Source: Psammoneis japonica (taxonomy: Eukaryota). From it: a DNA stretch of 64,000 bases. The notes below the pieces were generated by a model that was given only the letters and a program-made list of their open reading frames with translations, did not search any database and was not told the origin of the DNA. Below are positions 50,501-59,879 of the stretch, piece after piece. Numbering within the stretch: position 1 is the first letter of the stretch; each line of letters starts with the position of its first letter. Where the stretch lies: assembly GCA_008632985.1 (NCBI GenBank), contig QPGO01000064.1, positions 248,001 to 312,000 of the forward strand, given 5' to 3'. A program made the position numbers and the translations under genes.

Positions 50501-50939
50501 TGATTGTTTTGGACAGTGGACTGATGCTGCCATCCTTGCGGTGCGAGCAATGGCCAATGGCTCACGGCTCGGTTTCCCGCCAGATTCAACTTAGAATCGA
50601 TTGAAGGGTCGTGTGGACGCTCTTCATTGACCTCTTGGGTCGAATGGGCACTCTCTTGCTGCTGAGAGCCTTTGGTTTCTTCAGATCATCTCAAAACAAA
50701 TGACTCTGATTCTGAAGTGCAGTTCCTGGAAAGACATGAGATGAGAGACTCTTGAGGCACTTTCCAACGGTTCCTTCTTGCTCTTTGGACTCGAGGCTTG
50801 TCGATTTGGTCTCAAAAAACTCTTCAACAGTCTCTCCTTGCAAAGTAGATGCATTTCTCGGATCTGATCGACTCGGGACTTGCGCTCTCTGCAGCCATGA
50901 CTTGGTGTAGATTTTTTGATGATGCAGTGCACTTGTGGA
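47600..50939 (-). mobile_element. Degenerate Ty3/gypsy LTR retrotransposon relic (gag, protease, integrase; RT/RH largely missing)
   Basis: Protease-like VLLD...IMGRDL..LAIMLD...IKWE, LSLLLKRFKIL, integrase end NGTM..GDIVDKINVRQIVP, and PPT GGGGAGGCGAG (47930-47920) followed by TG at 47919. LTR end not defined. Confidence 0.7.
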
Positions 50940-51311
50940 GACGCGTTCCAGCCCTAGGTGGGACTCCGTGTGACATTTGGCCCGTAGAATTCTACGTGCG
51001 AGCTCCGTAGTACGAGAATTTAATTAATGGATATATTTATCTTCAACATCAAATAAACGGCCAAGTTTGTGGTACAATTATGCCTCTTACCACTCGACGT
51101 TTTTGCAAATGCACCTGCCCTACGCGATTCTTAAGACATTATAGAATCGCGCTGTAACAAAAAATGTCAAAAGTTTTTGGACGGATCGCTCAACAAGTGT
51201 ACCGTAAAATGACACAAAATATCAAAAAATCACGTAGAATTCTACGTGCGCGACATACGACGAGATTCAAAAAACTATCGATGTCACAGTTCAGTAGTGC
51301 GATTCCCACCT
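50940..51311. mobile_element. Second MITE copy, right TIR truncated
   Basis: About 96% identical to 27767-28141. Ends at TCCCACCT with no terminal 15 bp and no TSD. Confidence 0.95.
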
Positions 51312-51945
51312 TGGCCCATGTTGATTTGGACAATTTAAGACAGCAGCAAACACAAAGCCAAAAAGGCAGTTAGCATGCTTTCAAATGGGACAATGGTGCG
51401 TGAAACACTTCACAGTCAGCAAATGTTCAAACTGGGTTGGTGTCACTGGATCACGCACAAGTTTCTTCTCCTTTGAGTCAAACATCGCTTTGGGAACCTC
51501 CAACATGGCACATCAGAAAGAAAGGAAGCCACACACTTCTCAGCCTTGAAAATGATTGAAGCCTGCCCAAACAAATCCTTTGCAGCAATGGGGTTGTTGT
51601 TGCGCCATTCTTCAGAAGTCAGTTGGCAGCGGCTTGCAGAGTTGTTCTCAAGAAACTCCACCAAACAGTCTTCTGCATGCTCAGCGAGACAAGCCAAATC
51701 AACATCAGGTTCTGCCTCAGCTTTGCGCTTCTTCCTGCTCTTGGCAGCCCAGGTGCTCTCTGTTTTCCTGTCAGTGCAAAATTTCAACCTGCAGCCTTGA
51801 ATCATGACAATGTCCCTTTTGACACTCAAGTCCGTTTGCTCCAAAATTTTTGTTTGTCGCATCTGTGTGGGCCCCATGGGTCGCTGCTCCTCCCATTCCA
51901 ACAGTTCAAAGGCAAGGAGGAGTTTCTGCCAACTTTCGCCCATGC
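51304..51945 (-). mobile_element. Second copy of the Harbinger/ISL2EU-type relic
   Basis: 51304-51752 aligns without gaps to 46794-47242. Confidence 0.9.
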
Positions 51946-54872
51946 CTACAGCAGAAGAGGAGCCAGACGGTAATCATGATTTGGAGGACCACAACGGCGA
52001 TGAAGAGAGTGGAATCTCTCGTCAACAGGAATCTATTGGAACAGGCGAAAGTCGGGGTAGTCAAAGGAGGCCCTTGTTAAGGAGTTCGGCTCCGAAAAGA
52101 CATTTTCGCACACAAAGTGTGGAACATACACTAGTTGGTTTGACGAAAGCCATGATGGCTTTTGTCGGGAAGCTTAAAGATGATCACAATCAAAGCAATC
52201 CAGCAAGCGTTCCCGAGGGGTCGCCTGCGGCAGGATTTACCGAAAATGCAATTTTACTTGCAGATCAAGCTTTGAGCAGTCCGACGTCTACTACCGGCCA
52301 CCTTTCGACTGTACCCGAAGGCGAGTCGGAAGTGAATTCGTCGCACTCCAACAGCGATGACAACGAAGATGAAGCAAAAGAGGGCGATAAGTCTCATGGC
52401 CGCATTCCTTTTTTCGGGAAGGTTGTTAAGAATAAAGAGAAGAGAAGAAAGAGTGCATTTGAAGAATCAACCGACAAGTTTAAGGAAGATATGGAGGTGT
52501 GGAGGAACTTTTTCCATCTTCGCCGAGATCGCGTTGCGGCGTACCTCAAGGTGGTTTTGCTTTACCTTTTGGTACCGCTCATTGGAGTTGCAGGTATCTT
52601 GTATTACATCTTCAATAATCCTCCGACGGGAAAAGAGGACGAGACCGTGCCGCTTGATGGGGAAGAAAATCAGACTGCGGGAGCGTCGGCGAGCTTTATA
52701 CTCATCTTTTGTGCTCGTCAAATCATCACATTTTCCATGGCTCTTTCAATGCAAGGCTTCCTTATTGACTTTTTGGCGCTTGACTTGCGTATTGTGTTGC
52801 GAGTTCTTGGGCCCGTTCTAACTTTGTGGCTTGTACAGTCCAGGGGCTGGCCTCATATTATGTTCTGGTGGTCTATCTTTGACTTTGCAATACTGTCAGG
52901 TGACAGCCGCTTTGTCAAACATTGGTTGTTTTGGCAAGATTCGATCGGTTTGTTCAATGAAAGCAACCCTTCCGGAAACATTGTGAGCAATGACTGGTAT
53001 CTCGACATGCTGATAGTTGCCGTGACCGTCAGCGTCGTTGTTTCCATCAAGCGTTTCTTGGTTGGGCTCTACTTGAGCCGCCAAACATTCTCTCATTACG
53101 GCCAACCGCTTGCCAATGTCATGAATAAGATTGTTCTTGTCAGTGAGGTTGCTGGATTGGCGAGATCTATTGCTAGCGACGATGTTGAGCCTTCAAAATC
53201 ACAGCTGATTCAAAGTACGGGCTTAGGCATTTCATACGATGGCGAAGATGACGGCAATACCTGCAAGAGTTCGGCTAGCGGTGGTCCCGATCTTATTGTT
53301 GACACGAACAACATCGATCCCCTTACTGGCAGTCTCCATTACACAGAAAAGATGAAGTTGATGCAGCTTCTCGACCAATGGGAAGAACCAACACGGCATG
53401 ACCCTGGAAGCAGCGAGAATGCTACGATTTCAGCTGTTCTAAGGTTCCGAAAAGCCCTCACTTTCGTTCAGAATCGATACCCTTTTGGTCAAGCGTTTGG
53501 TCTTGCAGATAATAGGGAGACTTGTGTCGAGTCTGCACAGAAAGTTTACCTTCGTCTGATGACGCATTCGCCGACCGAAGTTCTTCAATTTGAAAGGATC
53601 GCTTTGCTCGCTATCGATGACAACGAAAACATTGACCCAATCAAAGCTAAGGATTTGATACAAGTCTTCCGCCCTGATCGTCAAGGTTTCCTGACAATGA
53701 TTGACTTTGTTCGAAGTGTCGATTCTGTTTACAAGGAGTTCCGTTTGCTCGACGCAAGCATACAGAATTCCTCGCAGATTGATCGCGCATTCGAAAATAT
53801 TTTTAACTTCGTGTTTTACACGATTGTTGTTATCATTGTTCTTTCACAACTCGGGTTGTAAGTTTCTTTCTATTTTGTTGCTTGCGTACGATGCTGTCTG
53901 CTTTTTCATTGAGCCATTTTTGTTCCCAATTCTTTTGCAGTGATCCCTTGGCCCTGTTTTTGTCGCTTAGCAGCATCATTTTGGCATTTGCGTTCATGAT
54001 TGGAAATGCTAGTGCCAATTACTTTGAGGGGTTGTTGTGTAAGTCCCTACTACTTCAACTTTTTTTGGCGCTTCCAAAATAGACTCGATTCTCACGCTTT
54101 TTGCTGCGCCCTAAAGTCATTCTCGTCAGAAAGCCGTATGGTATAGGAGACAGGATCTCGGTTGCTCCTGTAGAATCCGATACTTCTCTCGATGGTGTAA
54201 TGCCGTGGGTGGTACAGCATGTGACTCTTTTTGAAACTGTGGTGACTTTCTTACCAACGAACGAGACTGCCAGTCTGTCAAACGGTTCTTTAGCAGCGAG
54301 TCGCATCGTCAACTGGGCGCGTTCACCGCAGGCCCAATTCCATATTTTTCTTGAGTTTCCTTTGGAAACTCCTTACGAGAAGCTCTTGATCTTCAAGACG
54401 GCCATTGAAGAGTACATCAAGGCGCGACCCAGGGAGTGGCGGGCATTGAATGGATTCCGTGTGAATCGCATTTATGCTCAGAAGAATTACATTGAGTTTA
54501 TCATTGTCATTCAGTAAGTTTTTCCCGAGAGTGCATTAAGATGACAATGCCACGATGGCTCTCTGGATCTGACTCACTTGTGATTTTTTCTTTTCATTGC
54601 GAAACAGACACCGGGAAGCTTGGCAGGAGATAGGCACGGTCTTGGATTCCAAAGCCAACTTGACAAGTTACTGTCAAGAGGTCTCTAAGCAGCTTGGTCT
54701 GCAGTACCAGGCACCGAAACTTCCTGTGGACTTGCGTTACAGCGCCATGCCCGCGGAAGAAGAATCATCCGGGGAATCCAACCGCAGCCGAGTAGATAGC
54801 CTTGACCAGGAAGCCTTACAGAAGGAATTTCAATCAGTAGCGCGAAACAAACATCAAATTCGGGCTGGTTGA
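51942..54872 (+). CDS. MscS-like mechanosensitive channel with EF-hand; three introns; 5' end uncertain
   Basis: TM helices, FRPDRQGFLTMIDFVRSVD EF-hand, FAFMIGNASANYFEG, VRKPYGIGDRI, NGSLAASRIVNWARS. Introns start ~53858, ~54039 and ~54514. Confidence 0.9.
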
Positions 54873-55494
54873 AAAGTCGTAGACTTCGGCATATCTCCGA
54901 AGATTTAGAAAAGTAGGGTAAAAGATGTAGAAAGACAGAGCGTTAATAACATCTCTTCCGACAGAATCAAATGTGACAGTGTGGCTCTGATAAACTCGTA
55001 AGTACAACTTTGTGATATGCGATTACTCATCGCTGGTATCTCGATGTCGCTGAGAAAAGCGGACTCGAAAGCACTGTTTTTGATCAAAATGCAGTAACCT
55101 CTACTCTAGTAGTAGGTTGCATTTTAAAAGATTGAGCTTTTGTTGGTCCTGCGGTGCGTGCGTGTGGCTCGCGAAATTCGGGTGGACATACGATCAGACG
55201 GATGTATTGTGTGCTTTTTGCTTTTTGTTTCATACTCGGAGTAGCTTTTAGGAATCAATCCGGGCGAATAGGTTCTTGAATCATGGTTTGGGAAAAAGTT
55301 GAACTGCTTTGAGCAATCGATCGACAGACGGATAAAAATAATGAGCCACCATATACTCACGACCCAAGTCGAAAGCCCCGCAGTATCTATCGTTTCTCAT
55401 CCACGAGCCAAGATTATGTACGCACAAGCCAATACGGATTCTCCCAGGCCAAAATCACGCATTTCCGGACCGATACTACATTCCTCTAGACAAA

Positions 55495-56224
55495 TTATCC
55501 AAAACACTCGCGCTTTCGTCCGCGTAATCTAACTTGCGCAAGTCTCAGCAAAACTGCGTGCGATCTAGTGCATTTTGCCTTGTAGGCATCCCAGAGTTGA
55601 TCCAGAAAGCATCGTCCAGAGTTGGATGAGTGGACTGAACGGCACGTTCCAAAACATACAGGTCTACCGCCAGTTCTTCTGGGTTGGTCGAAACGCGGGC
55701 CAATCCAAAATCAATCAGTGTGAGCTGTTGTTGCTGATCGTTGTTGTTTTCTGAAATCATAATGTTGGACGTTGTCAAATCCCATGCACGATACCGATAT
55801 TATGAACCTTTGCAATCAATTCTCCCATGGCTATTGACAACTTTTGTAGTGATGTTGTCGCATCATTGTTGGCGTTTGTATTGGAAGCTTGTTCTTCGAT
55901 ATACTCTCGAACCGTCTTTCCCTCAACAAACTCCATGTACAGCACAGGAGGATGAACACCATAGAGTGCGGGACATGGAATTCCGGCACGCCGACACTTG
56001 GTAAGACACTTGGCTTCCGCCTTGCATCGTTGCTTCGTCAATCGTTCATCCAGCAAGGCGTGTCGATACGATTTGGAAAAGCGTTCTTTTGCAATCGCGT
56101 CTCCCAACGACAGGTAGTTTGGGATTTGATACAATCGTGCTTCGGCTCCTTGCGAAATCAATGACCAATCAGATTGAGGTTCGAATAATACTTGAGAAGA
56201 AGGCTTGCGTTCTGTCGATGTCAT
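55495..56224 (-). CDS. BUD32: KEOPS complex kinase Bud32/TP53RK; frameshifts ~55780 and ~55600
   Basis: ISQGAEAR, KERFSKSYRH..LD, IVHG/DLTTSN, IDFGL, AVDLYVLERA, and C-terminus VRLRGRKRECFG. Confidence 0.93.
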
Positions 56225-56370
56225 GGTTACTGTTGTTATTGGGCTACGGTATGATATGGTGCTGTTTTCGGCATTGAACACTAACTCTGCGATGATGTGG
56301 ACGCATCGCCGATCGCCGCCGCGCGCCGTGTCTCTCATCTGCCTCAAGGGGAGGCGCACGGACAAGAATA

Positions 56371-56381
56371 TTTTCCCGCGC
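56371..56381 (+). promoter_or_regulatory. E2F-like motif TTTTCCCGCGC
   Basis: ~150 bp upstream of BUD32. Variant ATTCCCGCGC at 56721. Confidence 0.45.
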
Positions 56382-56990
56382 TTTTTCCAAGATCGGTTTC
56401 TGTTTAAGTATCACGCATAGATAAATTCAACTTTGGAAACTATTGAAATATTAGAACTTCTTGTAATTCATAATCCATATAAATCCGATACTCAATGGCC
56501 TCAACGGACAATCTGTGGGCGCCAAAATGTCCCATAAGTATTCAAATCGGACAATTATATAATATTAACGTTAAACGTTAAAAAGGTATCGCAAAATGGA
56601 CACTCATTTATCAAAGTTTTTCGGCCCAACGATCGTCAATTAGGTGAAAAATTCAAATGAGTTTTTAAACTCGAATACACACATGAAATTACTTAAAGCG
56701 AAATTTTTTCGTCAGCTTGAATTCCCGCGCCACCTCTTGAAAACGAGTTGTTCCTTTCATCATTGCTTGTGTTCATTGTTTACACCAAAACCAGCCAGCA
56801 AGTCATTGTTTCAATTGAATCGCCCGTGTTTGAATCCACAAGAAGAACTCTAACGGTTGGAATTTATTCAAACAACACGAAAAACGAGTCAGAGTGGCGT
56901 TTTTGAATTGTCAGAAGTGATTGCGAATGATCCGATTGCTTACACGCAACACCCTGTCCCAACAACAACGCGAACACTGTCACAAATAAT

Positions 56991-57779
56991 ATGATCCCGT
57001 CTCCCACCATGGACAACAAGAATGTCTTGTTGGATGAACTGTCCGCCATTGAACGCGTCTATGGAAAGCGCGTTGATTTGTACAAGGACGTGTTAAAAGT
57101 CTCCTCGGAAGCTTCACCACCTCAAGTTCAGAACGCCTTTTTTCATCAACGACAAGAACTCTTCAAACGTCTCGGACAATCATCGCGAACAGACGCTCGT
57201 GCCGAGAAACAAATGGATGCCTTGGTCTTGTCGTATCGTATTATTGGGGACGCGGTCATGCGAGGGGAATACGATGATTGGAAAAAGTCGAGCCGCAGCA
57301 GCAAGGCAACGCCGCCACGAACGGTGACTCCCGAAAAGGAAGAGCGGCAATCGAAAAACTCATCCAGATCGAGCAGTCGACGGTATGCCATGGATGAATC
57401 GGTTGTGGCGGAGACTACTAGTAAGAGGAAAAACACTACTCCGTCGAGAAAGAGCAAGCGCAAGAGTCGATCGTATTCCTCTTCCTCCTATGATTCTTAT
57501 GGGAACCATTCGGATGATGAGGAGACGTACGGTGACACTACGACACTGTTTTCCGCCGAAACGAGAGGTACAGAAACGGTCTTTTCCGCAGAAACGGCTC
57601 TATCGAAACGAAGCGGCAGTACTTCGTTTTTCAGACGAGCTGCCGAAGAGATTGAAGGGTGCATTGAAGACACGGTTAGCGCCTTTGATCAAGTCTTGAA
57701 TGTATTTACGCTCAATGACCGGGATATTCAGGCTGTGACGGGGAGGATTCAAAGAGCCAAGAAGGAATTGAGAAAGTAA
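56991..57779 (+). CDS. J-domain-like protein lacking HPD
   Basis: DLYKDVLKV...QVQNAF...LSYRIIGD..RGEYD. Confidence 0.65.
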   Translation: MIPSPTMDNKNVLLDELSAIERVYGKRVDLYKDVLKVSSEASPPQVQNAFFHQRQELFKRLGQSSRTDARAEKQMDALVLSYRIIGDAVMRGEYDDWKKSSRSSKATPPRTVTPEKEERQSKNSSRSSSRRYAMDESVVAETTSKRKNTTPSRKSKRKSRSYSSSSYDSYGNHSDDEETYGDTTTLFSAETRGTETVFSAETALSKRSGSTSFFRRAAEEIEGCIEDTVSAFDQVLNVFTLNDRDIQAVTGRIQRAKKELRK

Positions 57780-57860
57780 TTGGTATTGCTGTGGAGAGAG
57801 TAGAAAAGCTTATAATGCTACTTAAGCAATACGAACTCGAGTGTCTAAATGTCTATCTTC

Positions 57861-59635
57861 TTAACTGGGCTCTACCATGAGTTCAACTTGTGGTGTAATC
57901 TTGTTGGTCTCGCCACCCGTCCACTTGTGTTTGAGATACGTGTCGCTGGACATTTCGTGCAGTCGACTTACCGTACGGTCAAAGCTAAACACTTCATCCA
58001 CAAACTCATTCTCCTCGTCCAATACAAACAGCTCTTCCGGCTTGACTTGCGCTTGAATCACAAGCTTGACATGATGTTCGTACATGGCGTCAATGAATAT
58101 AATGAAACGACGAACCCAATTGATTTCATGCAAGTGTAACTTGGGAACATTTTGAACAAAGACAGTGTTGAAATTTTGGGCGATGACGAGATAATCCGCC
58201 GCTCCCAAGGCTTTTTGGCACAAGTCTTCAAATTGAAATCGAGCAATTCCCTTTTTCAATGACGCTTGCGGGATCTTGACTTTGCGTCCCAGCGTTGTGA
58301 GCTTGGTCGCAGTCATGGTTCGATTCCGAGTGACCAAGCGGTACATTTTTTCAAACTCGTCCAGTTCCGCGCCCTGGCCTACAAAGTAAACGCCGCCGCC
58401 GTGACTTGATTCGGCACTGGCGGCCTTTTGGACCAAGCGATAGTCCACGACCGAATCCCACATGCTAACGACTGCTAACTTTTCCTATAAAATGGATATA
58501 AAGGAATGGATTGAGTTCGCGATTGATAACTTCAAACAAGCCCATACGTATGTCACTGTGATACGACACCTCTAACAAATCAATAAAGGGCAAGAACAAA
58601 TCTCGTTGCAAGCCATTCAGATACAAGTCTTGTGGCGGTCGATTCGAGGTTGCCACTACAACAGCGCCCTGTTGTAACATCATGGTGAAGAGTCGTCGAA
58701 GAATCAGTGCGTCTGCTACATCGGTGACTTGGAATTCATCCAAACAAAGCAATCTTCCACTCTGCAAGGTTTGTTCCACCACGTGGCTCAAGAGCGCATC
58801 GCCATCCTTGATGCCCTCTTTCATTTTCGCCTCGTGCATCTATGTACAGAAAAGGGTAGTATAGAGATGGTGAGTGCGAAAAGTAACTTGTCTACCTGAA
58901 TCTATTACACACAACGTGAGTTTTCTTACAGTACCTTCTGATGAATCCCCAACATGAATTGATGGTAATGTACTTTTTGTCTGTCGTGGTCCCACGAAGT
59001 TCCTTCGATGCTATCATAAAACAGATTCATACAAAACGTTTTACCGCAGCCAACTGTGTTTTCGTAAAAGAACAGAAAAAGAAAGGAAGGGGTCAAAAAT
59101 ATATGATGGATCTCAACTCGCTGTGCTTATCAACACACTAGCAAGATACAATCATACCTCCTCCATGCAAGTAGACTCCTCTTGGAGCAGTACTTAATGC
59201 GTGGACAACACTATCAGTAGCTGAAGCAAAGAAGAAGCCCCCAAATATCGAGGAATCTTGTTGAAAAGGCGTCTCTCTGGATGACATGGTTGGTGGTTCA
59301 TACGCGAGCAAGTCATTTCGCAGTCGATTCAGTTCTGTCAGAGCGGCGATCTGATGTTCATCATGCTGGACATTCTCTTCTGTAGATTCGCCTTGTACAA
59401 GATCCTCGTACATGGTTAAAAGTGTCATATCATTGTTGTTTTCTTCTTGTCGGCTAGCAAAGCTTCTGGTTGTCAATCGAAAAGATTCGTTGTGGAGGCG
59501 ATGCTTTGTTGGGACTGATAATATGAAAGATCCAGCGCTTCTTGAAATCAGAGTCCCACCCATTCCTCTGCATCGACGATACGTTGACTCTAAAAGGCAT
59601 CTAGAACGGCTTTGTATTCGACAGGACAGCGCCAT
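57861..59635 (-). CDS. AFG1: AFG1/LACE1 (ZapE)-family ATPase, multi-exon
   Basis: RGVYLHGG/VGCGKT Walker A, CLDEFQVTDVADALIL, TSNRPP.DLY.NGLQR, RRFI.FID.MYE, RTVSRL.EM. Confidence 0.93.
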
Positions 59636-59879
59636 GGTGCAATTCAATTCTCGCACTCTTCTCTCTCTCGTTTGCGTTTTTGCGCTTATGAGCTGTGGAT
59701 TCGTAGCAAGCAATGGGCAATCGCGAATTCCAGTTATGCCAATGCCTGATATCAACTCGTGGTTCTTCTTGTGCTCGAGAAATAAAGGCTCGCCATGTTG
59801 ACGGTTGCCTTCATTGTCATTGCATAAAGCGAATCGATCATCGGCAACCAACATCGTCTGTCCTTCGCTGTTGATGAAC

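Larger units (their letters stand above)
43490..51945. other. TpA-depleted hypermutated domain C (nested transposon relics)
   Basis: ~30 TA in 43741-50939, versus ~33 TA in the 430 bp just left of the domain. Confidence 0.95.

Noticed and set aside
43548..50932. Dozens of overlapping Cys/His-rich ORFs as real genes (also 59838-61820)
   Set aside because: They are by-products of TAA/TAG erasure in TE relics.
43490..51945. Fungal-type RIP or plain 5mC deamination as the explanation
   Set aside because: RIP increases TpA and CpG deamination does not consume TpA. The Tyr->Cys/His direction is opposite to RIP.
400..56000. Frameshifts in many conserved genes (TatD, PPR, TYW3, SDR, FMO, carrier, BUD32) as pseudogenisation or programmed frameshifting
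   Set aside because: They are scattered small indels in otherwise intact genes, some essential, with no shared slippery motif. Unpolished long-read assembly error is the simplest explanation.
56420..56700. AT-rich intergenic stretch with GGACA/TGTCC words as a possible MITE
   Set aside because: No clear TIR pair, TSD or second copy in the window.
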